Virus record (IMG/VR): IMGVR_UViG_3300020578_005267
DNA: 59,610 nucleotides
Source: an uncultured virus (IMG/VR IMGVR_UViG_3300020578_005267)
Lineage: Duplodnaviria > Heunggongvirae > Uroviricota > Caudoviricetes
Reading direction: 5' to 3' (one strand)
Shown: positions 10,649 through 20,947 of the stretch, piece by piece
How the letters are laid out: each line of letters begins with the position of its first letter
Position numbering within the stretch: position 1 is the first letter of the stretch
Notes under the pieces: model-generated
The model's input: the letters and a program-made list of their open reading frames with translations, nothing else
What the model was told of the DNA's origin: nothing
Databases searched by the model: none
Program-made: the position numbers and the translations under genes

Positions 10649-11034
10649 TGAAACTTCAGGAATCTCTCAAACAACTAATTGTAGAGATTGCTTCTGTTGA
10701 CAGTGTCATTGACTCTATAAAAAAAAGACAGAAATGTATAATCTACTATGATGGTGATGAACCTGGTGGTAGAGGTTTGCGTCAAATTGAACCTGTTTGT
10801 TTAGGTCGAATGAAAGGAACTAATAACCTAGCATTGAGAGCTTGGGATGAGGAGGGGGCTTCGTTCACAGGGTATAAGGGAGAGCAACCTTTACCTGGTT
10901 GGAGAATTTTTAGATTGGATAAGATACTTTCTCTGAAACCGACAGGAGAAATATTCAATACACCAAAACCAAACTTCAATCCAAATGGTGACAAATCTAT
11001 GAGTAGTATTATTATTATTGTAAAATTTAATTAA
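10648..11034 (+). CDS. Stand-alone WYL-domain protein
   Basis: IYYDG...RQIEPVCLG...LRAWD...WRIFRLDKI matches the WYL fold signature; ATG overlaps the upstream TGA. Confidence 0.7.
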   Translation: MKLQESLKQLIVEIASVDSVIDSIKKRQKCIIYYDGDEPGGRGLRQIEPVCLGRMKGTNNLALRAWDEEGASFTGYKGEQPLPGWRIFRLDKILSLKPTGEIFNTPKPNFNPNGDKSMSSIIIIVKFN

Positions 11035-11035
11035 T

Positions 11036-11569
11036 ATGAGTGACCTAATGCAAAAATTAATGATTTCAAAAGCCATAATAGATAAACATAATCAAATACC
11101 ACGTGGACAGAAATCAACAGAAACACCCAATATAAACTTACAAGAGTTCAATAGACCACAAGCAAAATATAATATTCCTCAGAGTTTAATGTCTGAGTCT
11201 GTGATTGAAAATACTAAGCCGGTTGGTGATACTACAGTGGAGGCAATTAAAAAATCTAAACTACCTGATTCAATAAAAAAATTGATGATGGAAAACCCGA
11301 TTGTACAACCACAACAATCATCCCCTGTTTTATCTAATGAACTTATCGAAAAGGCCTCAAGATTGATGCCGACAGTATCCGAAACTATATCTACACAAAA
11401 CATAGACCTAACTCCCCTCAACAAACTCGTAAAAGAAGCCGTTAATGAAGCTTTAAGAGAAAATGGTTTGTTAGTCGAAGGAACTGAAAAAACAAATGAA
11501 ATTTTTTCTTTCAGGGTAGGGAGCCATATTTTCGAGGGAAAAGTTACAAAAGTTAAAAAAATCAAATAA
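11036..11569 (+). CDS. Hypothetical phage protein
   Basis: 177-aa ORF in operon. Confidence 0.7.
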   Translation: MSDLMQKLMISKAIIDKHNQIPRGQKSTETPNINLQEFNRPQAKYNIPQSLMSESVIENTKPVGDTTVEAIKKSKLPDSIKKLMMENPIVQPQQSSPVLSNELIEKASRLMPTVSETISTQNIDLTPLNKLVKEAVNEALRENGLLVEGTEKTNEIFSFRVGSHIFEGKVTKVKKIK

Positions 11570-11622
11570 CAACTTTCTTTAATCAGGACAAAAGATTATA
11601 CTTTACGGAGTAAAATTATAAT

Positions 11623-12831
11623 ATGTCCAAATTCAAAGTATTAGCATTACCATCAGATAGAACCGGTGTTGGTAAATTTAGATCTGTAGATCCGCACATT
11701 TTCCTACAAAATGCATTTGGTGATGATTTTCACGTTGATATCGTTTATGATCCACCCTACAATATAGACTACTATAAAGACTATCATCTTGTTAGTTATC
11801 ATAGAAACATCGGATCAGATTTTGACAAGGGTATTAAATTAGTAGAAGAACTAAATAAACTTGGAATTATAACTGTCTGTGACATCGATGATTATTGGAT
11901 GCCAACTAAAGACCATCCAATCCATGATGTAATTAGAGTTAACAAACTCAATGAGAAAATTGTTAATTGTATTCGTGCTGCGAAATATGTGACCACAACT
12001 ACAAAAATATTTGCTCATGAAATCAAGGTAATTAATAAAAACGTATTTATTTTACCAAACGCTATTAATCCGAAAGAGGGTCAATTTAATGAACCAACAC
12101 CTGAATCTGATAGAATTAGAATAGGCTGGCTTGGTGGATCATCACATTTATCGGACATACTCTTACTTGATCAATCATTTAGTAAACTTTCGAAATATAA
12201 AAATGAAACTCAATTTGTTATTTGTGGATTTGATACAAGGGGTTCAATGACAGAAATCAACGCTCAAACTGGCGAGCAGAAGAAAAGAAATATATTACCT
12301 GCAGAAACAGTTTGGGCAACCTATGAAAAAGTATTTACTCAAAACTACACCACAGTAAGTCCTGAATACAAAGAACATCTTCTGAAGTATTCACAAGATC
12401 CCTTCGAGGGTGAAATGAATCAACCATATGTTAGAGTTTGGACAAAACCTGTCACAGCATACGCAAGAAATTATTCCAAATTTGACATATCTTTATCACC
12501 TTTAAAAAATCACATATTCAATAGAGTTAAGTCCCAATTGAAAGTAATAGAATCAGGTTTTTATAAAAAAGCTTTGATCGCATCCAACATTGGTCCATAC
12601 ACAATTGATTTGAAACATTCGTTGAGTAATGGTAATTTCACAGACGGAAATGCTCTTTTAGTTGATGAAAATAGGAATCACTCAGATTGGGCAAAATACA
12701 TCGAGAAACTAATTAAAAATCCGAATTGGATCAAAGATTTGGGCGAAAGATTATATGAAACTGTGAAAGATACTTACGATTTAAACAAAGTAACCAAAGA
12801 CAGAGCACAACTTTATAAAAGTTTTTTATGA
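11623..12831 (+). CDS. GT-B (GT4-like) glycosyltransferase
   Basis: CDIDDYW, ILPNAI, RIGWLGGSSH, DISLSPL..FNRVKSQLKVIE and IASNIGPY motifs. Confidence 0.75.
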   Translation: MSKFKVLALPSDRTGVGKFRSVDPHIFLQNAFGDDFHVDIVYDPPYNIDYYKDYHLVSYHRNIGSDFDKGIKLVEELNKLGIITVCDIDDYWMPTKDHPIHDVIRVNKLNEKIVNCIRAAKYVTTTTKIFAHEIKVINKNVFILPNAINPKEGQFNEPTPESDRIRIGWLGGSSHLSDILLLDQSFSKLSKYKNETQFVICGFDTRGSMTEINAQTGEQKKRNILPAETVWATYEKVFTQNYTTVSPEYKEHLLKYSQDPFEGEMNQPYVRVWTKPVTAYARNYSKFDISLSPLKNHIFNRVKSQLKVIESGFYKKALIASNIGPYTIDLKHSLSNGNFTDGNALLVDENRNHSDWAKYIEKLIKNPNWIKDLGERLYETVKDTYDLNKVTKDRAQLYKSFL

Positions 12832-13529
12832 TAAATGTCCCATTAGAAAAAATATTGTTTATCGATATTGAAACTGTTGGATGTCAGAAAGATTTCGATA
12901 ATTTGAAAAAATTAAACGAACGTTTGGCCTCCCTTTTCAGTTACTATGAGTCATGGTTTAAAAAAAGATTTCCTGAAGATACTGACGCAGATTTAAACAA
13001 ACTATTCAAAACACGAGCAGCTTTGGTTCCTGAGTTTGCAAAAATAGTTACTGTATGTTTGGGTATAGTAGATCAAAATGGTAAATTCAAAACTACTGTG
13101 TTTTCTGACGACAATGAAAGAACTTTGTTAGTTGAACTGAGAAAAACTTTATTCAAATGTGGTGAGATGGGTTATTTTCTTTGCGGCCATAATGTCAAAA
13201 ATTTTGACATACCGACATTAGCAAAACGTATGATAATTAATGGCTTAAACCCACCCAAACTCCTCCCAACTTATGACACTAAACCATGGGAAATCAAAGC
13301 TATCGACACAAGAGACGTGTGGCAGTACGGTCAATATGCATCTATTTCTACGTTGGACTTGATGTGCGGTGTTATGGATATAGAATCCTCTAAATCTGAA
13401 GATATGGATGGCTCTAAAGTACACTCTGTTTATTGGGATGAAAAAAATATTGATAAAATAAACACATATTGTGAAAAAGATGTTGTTGTTTTATACGAGG
13501 TGGTAAAAAAATTTATAAATTTATTATAA
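12828..13529 (+). CDS. DEDD 3'-5' exonuclease (PolB-exo/YprB-like)
   Basis: FIDIET, GHNVKNFDIP and YCEKDV motifs. Confidence 0.8.
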   Translation: MINVPLEKILFIDIETVGCQKDFDNLKKLNERLASLFSYYESWFKKRFPEDTDADLNKLFKTRAALVPEFAKIVTVCLGIVDQNGKFKTTVFSDDNERTLLVELRKTLFKCGEMGYFLCGHNVKNFDIPTLAKRMIINGLNPPKLLPTYDTKPWEIKAIDTRDVWQYGQYASISTLDLMCGVMDIESSKSEDMDGSKVHSVYWDEKNIDKINTYCEKDVVVLYEVVKKFINLL

Positions 13530-13530
13530 T

Positions 13531-14124
13531 ATGGATGATCTTTTTAAAAAAGAATTAAAAGAAGCTCTAAAAAAGATAGAGGGTTTTGAAAATATTTTGG
13601 ATGATAGCAATAACATCAATCAATTAAACGAACTACTCGGCTTCTCCTCTGAAGATCTGATGGATGAATCGTCTTATTCTACAAAAAGACCTTTGGGTTA
13701 TCAAAAAATATCACCCTTGGCTATTACGCCAAAATACAACTATCCAACTGACTCAGGATTTGATTTACATTCAATTATCGATTGCACGATACAACCTCTA
13801 AGTCGGGCACTAATACCAACAGGGTTGAAATTTGATATTGATGATGGATATGAAATTCAAGTTAGAACTAAGTCAGGTCTGGCTATTAATCAAGGATTGA
13901 TGGTGCTCAACTCACCTGGCACCATGGACAATGGCTATACAGGTGAATGTAAAATCCCTGTTTTTAACACAAATCAGACACCATTTATTATTACAATAGG
14001 TATGAAAGTTGCACAAGCGGTCCTCTGTCCTGTTGTAAATGGAAGATGGGTCGACTTACAAGAAAGAAAAGAAATATCAGAGAAGGATAGAGGAAACAAC
14101 GGGTTCGGAAGTACGGGCATTTAA
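13531..14124 (+). CDS. dut: Trimeric dUTPase
   Basis: DSGFDL, RTKSGLA, GTMDNGYTGE, KVAQ and RGNNGFGSTG motifs. Confidence 0.92.
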   Translation: MDDLFKKELKEALKKIEGFENILDDSNNINQLNELLGFSSEDLMDESSYSTKRPLGYQKISPLAITPKYNYPTDSGFDLHSIIDCTIQPLSRALIPTGLKFDIDDGYEIQVRTKSGLAINQGLMVLNSPGTMDNGYTGECKIPVFNTNQTPFIITIGMKVAQAVLCPVVNGRWVDLQERKEISEKDRGNNGFGSTGI

Positions 14125-14134
14125 AACTTTATTC

Positions 14135-14305
14135 ATGGGAAAATATTATGAAAGTTTGGAAACTCTTATTGAGTTGATAAAAAAATTGGATAAAAAAAAT
14201 GTTCTTGCAGAGTTTATTATAGATTGTATATCTATTTCCAAATCAGACCCAAACTTAACCGTTAACGAAATAATTAAACAAGCCAAGAAAAAAAGATTAA
14301 CATAA
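14135..14305 (+). CDS. Small hypothetical protein
   Basis: ATG at 14135 just after the dut stop; its stop overlaps the next ATG. Confidence 0.55.
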   Translation: MGKYYESLETLIELIKKLDKKNVLAEFIIDCISISKSDPNLTVNEIIKQAKKKRLT

Positions 14306-15930
14306 TGTTGACTGTTGGATATAGTACAAGAAAAACTAATCCTGAGTTTATTGAGTATCTCAAAAAAACATCAGGATTCAAAAAAATCAATGTTATCGAA
14401 AAGGTGAACAATGGTGAAAAAAGTCTCAGTCAAGTTTACAATGAAATCATTTCAGAGTCCGAAACTGACATAATTGTCCTTTGTCATGACGATATTTTGT
14501 TTGACACTAACGGATGGTACTCCAAAATTATCAGACATTTCGAAAAATCTGAGTACGGTATCTTAGGGGTTGCAGGAACAACACACATACCAATAAGTGG
14601 TATGTGGTGGGAGCAAAAAGGGAGAATGGTAGGTATCGTAAACCATGAACACGACGGAAAAAAATGGGAGTCAAAATACTCAGATTCTTTGGGTAATGGA
14701 ATCAAGCAGACCGTGATAGTTGACGGATTGTTCATAGCATTAGATAAAACAAAGATCAAAAAAAACTTTGATGAATCCGTAACAGGATTTCACATGTACG
14801 ATGTTAATTTTTGTTTTAGAAACTTTATCGAGAACGTTAAAATTGGTGTCATTACAAATATCAGAATCACTCACAAGTCTATTGGTATGGTTAACCAACA
14901 ATGGGATGAAAACCGAAAAGTTTTTGCTGAAAAGTACAAAGATAAATTACCAGCAAAAGTCAAATACAAGTTCGAAGACAAATTAAAAGTTCTAATTACC
15001 TCACTTTTTTTTAAAACTTTCACCGGATCTGAATTGTATGTTTTTGAATTAGCCAAAGGTCTCCAAAAATTGAACTGCGATGTCACAGTAATGTCACAAA
15101 TTGATGGGCCATTAACAAAGTTAGCTAAAGAAAAAGGTATCAGATCAATATCACATATGGAACCGCCAGGTTTTAAACTTGGTGATGGTAAGTGGGGGTT
15201 CAATGGACCCAACGGTGTCGAACTTTCATCACCTAATATGTACTATAAAATTTCTGACGTTACTTATGATGTAATTCATACTCAACACAAACCAGTTACT
15301 GAAAGAATTTGTCAGCTATACCCTGATATTCCAAAACTAACGACCATACATTCTGAAGTAATTCCATTAGAGGACCCCCATATAGATTCTTCAATTAAAA
15401 AATATGTTGCTATTAGACCTGAAATAAGCAAATATCTTTATGAAAAATATGATATCGAAGATGTCGATGTAATTTATAATCCTATAGATAATACAAAATT
15501 CAAACCAAAAGGACTAAAAGAAGAGGACGCTCTTTTGTTTGTCGGGACTATAGACTACTTGAGAGAGAATACTATAAGAGATTTAATACAATTTACTAAA
15601 GAATCCAAAATGGAACTTTGGTTAGTGGGTGATGATAAATCAAATTATCTTTCAGAGATACTTGAAAACAAACATGTAAAACATTTCAAATCTACTTGGT
15701 CTGTCGAAATTTTTATTCAAAAATGTAAAATGACTGCTGGTATACAATTAGGTAGAACAACAATTGAAGGTTGGATGTGTGGTAAGCCAGGGTATATTTA
15801 CAAGGTTGATTCTTCGGGTGGTATTTTGGAAAAGCAATTATTCGAACCACCAACAGATTTAGAAAAATACTACGCAGATAACGTAGCGAAACAGATAAAA
15901 GAAAAATACATCGAAATTTTGAACTCATGA
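14305..15930 (+). CDS. Bifunctional GT-A (GT2-like) plus GT-B (GT4-like) glycosyltransferase
   Basis: N-terminal half: YNE, LCHDD, VDGLF, FHMYD. C-terminal half: TGSELYVFELAKGL, VIYNPID, GRTTIEGWMCGKP. Confidence 0.75.
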   Translation: MLTVGYSTRKTNPEFIEYLKKTSGFKKINVIEKVNNGEKSLSQVYNEIISESETDIIVLCHDDILFDTNGWYSKIIRHFEKSEYGILGVAGTTHIPISGMWWEQKGRMVGIVNHEHDGKKWESKYSDSLGNGIKQTVIVDGLFIALDKTKIKKNFDESVTGFHMYDVNFCFRNFIENVKIGVITNIRITHKSIGMVNQQWDENRKVFAEKYKDKLPAKVKYKFEDKLKVLITSLFFKTFTGSELYVFELAKGLQKLNCDVTVMSQIDGPLTKLAKEKGIRSISHMEPPGFKLGDGKWGFNGPNGVELSSPNMYYKISDVTYDVIHTQHKPVTERICQLYPDIPKLTTIHSEVIPLEDPHIDSSIKKYVAIRPEISKYLYEKYDIEDVDVIYNPIDNTKFKPKGLKEEDALLFVGTIDYLRENTIRDLIQFTKESKMELWLVGDDKSNYLSEILENKHVKHFKSTWSVEIFIQKCKMTAGIQLGRTTIEGWMCGKPGYIYKVDSSGGILEKQLFEPPTDLEKYYADNVAKQIKEKYIEILNS

Positions 15931-17087
15931 AAATTGGAGTGATTGGTGCCGGTAGATTAGGATTGTCTTTCGCATTGGTTTGTGATAAACACGGTGTACC
16001 CATGATTATTTCTGATACAAATGAAACCTACAAGAAAAATCTTAAAAACGGAATTTGTATTACGAATGAACCATTTATTACAGAAATGTACTCCAAAAGA
16101 CGATTTCTTGAGGTTGCTGAAAATAACATAGAGGTAATAGAAAATTGTGATTACATATGGACATTTGTTGAGACTCCCTCTACATCAGATGGGATATATG
16201 ACCTGACAAAACTTTGGTCAGTCGTTGATGACTTTGTAAAAACTTTCAAGGATGGAAAATCGGTTATGGGGAAAACCTTTGTAATTGGTTGTACTACTAA
16301 TCCTGGCGACGTACAACTAATAGCAGAGCTTTTAAATCAATATTCAATAAACGTTGTCTATAATCCCGAATTTGTTGCACAAGGTGAAATAATAAAGGGT
16401 ATCGAAGAAGCAAAAATGGTTTTGATTGGTAGTCCAGATGGATATGACTTAAAGATAATTCTTAATCTTTATAAAATTATTTGCGGAGGTTCAGCAAACT
16501 TTAATGTAATGTCCTATACCTCAGCGGAGCTCACTAAAATTGCTATAAATTGTTTTTTAACCACAAAGATAGCGTATGCAAATATGATCGGTGAGATTGC
16601 AATAAAAACGGGAGTCGGTAACGAAATTAAAAGTATTTTGAAAGCTGTTGGATCTGATCCTCGAATCGGAAATAAATTCCTGAAATACGGATTTGGTTTT
16701 GGTGGTCCTTGTCTTCCGAGAGATAATCGGGCACTTTCTGTTCACGCAAAAAAACACGGTGGTGAAGCCAAGCTATCTGACTTAGTTGACGAAATGAATA
16801 ATAGACACACTGAATTTTTAGCCGATTATTATAGTGAGTTGAATCCCGATAGAACTGTACCTTTTGTGATGAGACATATTTCATACAAACGAGGGACTGA
16901 TATATTGACCGACTCCCAACAATATCACTTTTGTTTGAAACTTTTAGATAAAGGATATACCGTACATGTTCAAGAAATAGAAGCCGTAATTGATCAATTC
17001 AAGAAAAAAGATATGAGTGAATACGGATCACGACTTAAGTTCTTCAGATATAATACTAAACCAGAAGGATTCTTGATTGAAATATGA
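15927..17087 (+). CDS. ugd: UDP-glucose/GDP-mannose 6-dehydrogenase family protein
   Basis: GVIGAGRLG, YNPEF, AELTK..N and GFGGPCLPRD catalytic motif. Confidence 0.85.
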   Translation: MKIGVIGAGRLGLSFALVCDKHGVPMIISDTNETYKKNLKNGICITNEPFITEMYSKRRFLEVAENNIEVIENCDYIWTFVETPSTSDGIYDLTKLWSVVDDFVKTFKDGKSVMGKTFVIGCTTNPGDVQLIAELLNQYSINVVYNPEFVAQGEIIKGIEEAKMVLIGSPDGYDLKIILNLYKIICGGSANFNVMSYTSAELTKIAINCFLTTKIAYANMIGEIAIKTGVGNEIKSILKAVGSDPRIGNKFLKYGFGFGGPCLPRDNRALSVHAKKHGGEAKLSDLVDEMNNRHTEFLADYYSELNPDRTVPFVMRHISYKRGTDILTDSQQYHFCLKLLDKGYTVHVQEIEAVIDQFKKKDMSEYGSRLKFFRYNTKPEGFLIEI

Positions 17088-17794
17088 TTATACTAACTAC
17101 AACATACAACTGCGAAAAATATATTGAGAGATGTCTTTTGAGTATTATGTCACAGAGATTTCCTGACTTCAAATGTTACATTACGGACGACATGTCAACT
17201 GACTCGACAATTAAAAAAATTGAATCTGTAATCAAAGATGACAACAGGTTTATTCTTATCAAAAACCATTCTAAACTCTATCAGGGAGGAAATTACGATC
17301 AAGTAATTCGATGTATGGGTTTGGACGGAGATGAAATATGTGTTGAAATTGATGGTGACGATTGGTTACCAAATCCTAATGTTCTCGGCAAGATAGATGA
17401 AATTTATAAAGACTCGAATGTTTGGATGACCAGTGGGTCTTTCAAATACCACGATGGTAGACCGGGTTTCAATAGACCAATTACGTCTTTGGAAAATATA
17501 AGAAAATCCAATTTCACCCTTTCTCATATGAGAACGTGGAAGGCTTGGTTATGGAAAAAAATCGATGAAAAAGATTTGAAGGATGGGGATGGTAAGTACT
17601 ACAGTGTGGCAGGTGACCTATCATTTATGTGGCCTATGATAGAAATGTCAGGGTTGGAACATTTCAAATTTATTGATGAAATACTATATGTCTATAATGA
17701 ATCGAATCCAATTAATGATCATAAGGTTGATTTAAGTAAAGTTCGTAATATTCACAACTTAATAGCAAATAAAATACCGTATAATAAAATTTAA
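17084..17794 (+). CDS. GT2 family glycosyltransferase
   Basis: TTYNCEKYI, DDMSTD and IDGDDW motifs. Confidence 0.8.
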   Translation: MIILTTTYNCEKYIERCLLSIMSQRFPDFKCYITDDMSTDSTIKKIESVIKDDNRFILIKNHSKLYQGGNYDQVIRCMGLDGDEICVEIDGDDWLPNPNVLGKIDEIYKDSNVWMTSGSFKYHDGRPGFNRPITSLENIRKSNFTLSHMRTWKAWLWKKIDEKDLKDGDGKYYSVAGDLSFMWPMIEMSGLEHFKFIDEILYVYNESNPINDHKVDLSKVRNIHNLIANKIPYNKI

Positions 17795-17795
17795 A

Positions 17796-18410
17796 ATGCA
17801 CACAGAACATAACGATAGATGGAATAAAGATAATGGTAATAAACTCTTAGTTGCCACTTACCCCCTAAATGAGGATTCTTGGGTAATTGAATTAGGTGGA
17901 TACAAAGGAGAATGGACTAATAAGATTGTTGGTAAGTATAAATCCAACATTTTGGTGGTTGAACCCATTTCAGAATTTTGTGAAAAGATTTCTGAAATCC
18001 ACGGAAATAATCCAAAAGTAAGAATTGAAAACAACGGTATATCAACAGAAGAAAGATCCACTAAATTGTCTTTCAACGGAGACGCTTCATCAGAGTATTT
18101 GGAACAAACTGAGGAAAAGAGAGAGATCAAATGTTACACCTTGGAACAATATCTAACCAAATACAACATTCAAAAGGTTGACCTCATGCAAGTGAATATT
18201 GAGGGTGAAGAATACCCTCTATTCGAGAAATGGATTACATCAGATGTACTTAAAAATTTTCAATACATTCAGATACAATTTCACAGAGTAGGTGAAGACT
18301 ATGAAGAAAGAAGAATGAAAATTCATCAAGGTATGGAAAATTTGGGATTTGAACTCAGATGGGATTATGACTATGTTTTTGAGTCATGGAAAAATAAAAA
18401 TTGGGTATAG
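17796..18410 (+). CDS. FkbM family methyltransferase
   Basis: IELGGYKG, VEP, MQVNIEGEEY and IQIQFH motifs. Confidence 0.8.
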   Translation: MHTEHNDRWNKDNGNKLLVATYPLNEDSWVIELGGYKGEWTNKIVGKYKSNILVVEPISEFCEKISEIHGNNPKVRIENNGISTEERSTKLSFNGDASSEYLEQTEEKREIKCYTLEQYLTKYNIQKVDLMQVNIEGEEYPLFEKWITSDVLKNFQYIQIQFHRVGEDYEERRMKIHQGMENLGFELRWDYDYVFESWKNKNWV

Positions 18411-18449
18411 ACATTAATACTGAGTAGATTAAGTTTATCATAAAAAAAT

Positions 18450-19292
18450 ATGGGAAACTTGATATCATGTAATTTGATGGGTGGATTAGGTAATCAATTA
18501 TTTGAAGCCGCTCACGCATTAGCACAGGGATGGAAACACAACCGAGAAGTTGTTTTTGTTCCAAAATCATGGACACCAGGACAAGGAAGAGGTGCCGAAA
18601 ATTATATTGAGAACGTATTCAGAAATCTAAAATTCGTAGATAATTTAGACAATTTTACAAGGGTCACTGAAGGTCCCTTTGAGTACAGTGAAGTAAATCC
18701 TGTAGAAGAAAATACTGTTTTTGACGGATATTTTCAAAGCACCAAAAACTGGTTTGGATTAGATGATCGTATAAGAGACATATTCCAACCTTCACAAGAA
18801 ATTATTGATGAGTTGAAATTCAAATACCCCCAACTCAATCAACCCAAAACACTCTCCATACACGTTAGAAGAGGAGAATACTTACAGTTTCCTGAAATAC
18901 ACCCAACAATATCAGTAGAATATATTCAAGAGGCATTAAAAATTATTGGAGAATATTCTACAGTTTTTCTCTTCACTGAAGATGAATCAAGATGGCCAGG
19001 AAGTAGAGATTTCGTTATGAATAATTTCTCATTTCCAAATGTAGTTTTCCCAAAAGAAGATCAAGACTGGAAAGAATTATATCTCATGGGTCTGTGTGAA
19101 AATCACATCATTTCTAACTCCACTTTTTCATGGTGGGCAACTTTCTTAAATCAAAATAAAAATAAAAAAATAGTTTGTCCTTCTCGTTGGTTTGGTCCCC
19201 GTGGCCCTAAGGCCGATGACATCTACGAATCCTATTGGAATTTAGTTGATGTAGAATGGAAAGATGGATTATTAATACCAACAAAAAAATAA
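18450..19292 (+). CDS. GT11 alpha-1,2-fucosyltransferase family protein
   Basis: GGLGNQLF, GYFQS, HVRRGEY and NSTFSWWA motifs. Confidence 0.85.
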   Translation: MGNLISCNLMGGLGNQLFEAAHALAQGWKHNREVVFVPKSWTPGQGRGAENYIENVFRNLKFVDNLDNFTRVTEGPFEYSEVNPVEENTVFDGYFQSTKNWFGLDDRIRDIFQPSQEIIDELKFKYPQLNQPKTLSIHVRRGEYLQFPEIHPTISVEYIQEALKIIGEYSTVFLFTEDESRWPGSRDFVMNNFSFPNVVFPKEDQDWKELYLMGLCENHIISNSTFSWWATFLNQNKNKKIVCPSRWFGPRGPKADDIYESYWNLVDVEWKDGLLIPTKK

Positions 19293-19295
19293 CAC

Positions 19296-20132
19296 ATGTC
19301 GGAAAAAGTAAAAATTAGAAAAGTATCAGATTGGTGGGGTGAATATGATTGTTCATCAAACCGTAACATGCCAAAACATATTAATTGGCTATCGAGAGAA
19401 ACTGCGGATCCGTATACACTTAGTGTATATGTTGACAATTACATTAAGGATTGGGGATTCAGAGACGGAGGATCGGATAAAATTGGATGGTTATTAGAGT
19501 CACCACAAATGAATGAGGCGACAATCAGAGTATTGACAGAAGATTTGGAAAAGACCAGATCTCACTACAAAATCATTTTTACTTGTATGGATGAATTGTT
19601 GGCTCTTGGTGAACCTTTCAAATATTGTATTACAAATGCCGCTCCTTGGATTTGGCCTGATAATAGAAAAATACATGAAAAAACAAAACTTGTGTCAATG
19701 ATCGCATCAAGTAAAGGTTGGTTAAGAGGACACCAAAACAGATTACAATGGGTAGAAAAACTACAGAACAAAGTTGATCTTTTTGGTACAGGTAGACCAA
19801 ATCAGTTACGTGATAAAGAGGACGGACTAAAAGACTATATGTTCTCAGTGGCAATCGAAAATGATAACTCTGATGTGTATTTTACAGAAAAACTCACTGA
19901 TTGTTTTGCAATGGGTACAGTACCAATTTATTACGGTTCAAGAAAAGCTGTCGAAAAATACTTCGACCCAACAGGAGTAATTTTCTTAGAAGACGACCCA
20001 AATTTAGAAACTGTGACGGTTGAAAAATATAAATCAATGATGCCAGCAATAGAAAGAAATTTCTTAAAGGCAAAAGATTTCCCTGTAGCGGAAGACTACA
20101 TGTGGGACAACTACCTTAAAAACTTAGTATAA
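19296..20132 (+). CDS. GT10 alpha-1,3-fucosyltransferase-like protein
   Basis: YMFSVAIEN...YFTEKLTDCFAMGTVPIYYG motif. Confidence 0.75.
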   Translation: MSEKVKIRKVSDWWGEYDCSSNRNMPKHINWLSRETADPYTLSVYVDNYIKDWGFRDGGSDKIGWLLESPQMNEATIRVLTEDLEKTRSHYKIIFTCMDELLALGEPFKYCITNAAPWIWPDNRKIHEKTKLVSMIASSKGWLRGHQNRLQWVEKLQNKVDLFGTGRPNQLRDKEDGLKDYMFSVAIENDNSDVYFTEKLTDCFAMGTVPIYYGSRKAVEKYFDPTGVIFLEDDPNLETVTVEKYKSMMPAIERNFLKAKDFPVAEDYMWDNYLKNLV

Positions 20133-20133
20133 T

Positions 20134-20946
20134 ATGAAATACCTTGTACTTGGATCTGCAGGTCAGATTGGTTATGAGTTGTGTAAATTTTTACAGAAAG
20201 AAGGACATGATGTTTTATCTTTTGATATTGCAACAGACCCAACTCAGGATTTGAGAATACCTGGTGTGTTGGAAGATTTGATTATCGAATGTAATTTTGT
20301 GATGTTTTTGGCGTTTGATGTAGGTGGGTCAAGATATTTGAAAAAATATCAACACACATATGAATTCATTGAAAATAATACAAAGCTCACATTGTATACT
20401 TTCGAGACAATCAAAAAACACAACAAACCTTTCATATTTGCGTCATCTCAAATGGCCAATATGTCTTACTCCCCCTACGGTGTTTGTAAGAGTTTGGGAG
20501 AAATTTTTTCAACCGCTTTAGGTGGACTTACAGTGAAGTTTTGGAACGTATATGGACCAGAACATGATTTAGAAAAATCACATGTAATCACCGATTTTAT
20601 CCTGAAAGCAAAACTTGGAAAAATTGAAATGATTACTGATGGCACAGAAGAAAGACAGTTTCTTCACGCAGAGGATTGTTCAAGATGTCTTCATATTCTT
20701 TCTCAGAAGTATGACGAGATTGATAGATCACAAAACTTACACATTACAAACTTTGAATGGAATACCATACTTGAAGTTGCGGACATTATCAAAGAAACAA
20801 TTCCTTGTGAGATTATACCCTCAGAAGAAAAAGACACGGTTCAGCTTAATAAAAGAAATGAACCCGATCCTTACATTTTGAATTTTTGGAAACCTGTAAT
20901 ATCTTTAAAAGAAGGTATCAATAAAATAATTGAAGAAATGAATTAA
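20134..20946 (+). CDS. NAD-dependent epimerase/dehydratase (extended SDR)
   Basis: GSAGQIG, FASS, YGVCK, NVYGP and RQFLHAED motifs. Confidence 0.8.
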   Translation: MKYLVLGSAGQIGYELCKFLQKEGHDVLSFDIATDPTQDLRIPGVLEDLIIECNFVMFLAFDVGGSRYLKKYQHTYEFIENNTKLTLYTFETIKKHNKPFIFASSQMANMSYSPYGVCKSLGEIFSTALGGLTVKFWNVYGPEHDLEKSHVITDFILKAKLGKIEMITDGTEERQFLHAEDCSRCLHILSQKYDEIDRSQNLHITNFEWNTILEVADIIKETIPCEIIPSEEKDTVQLNKRNEPDPYILNFWKPVISLKEGINKIIEEMN

Positions 20947-20947
20947 T

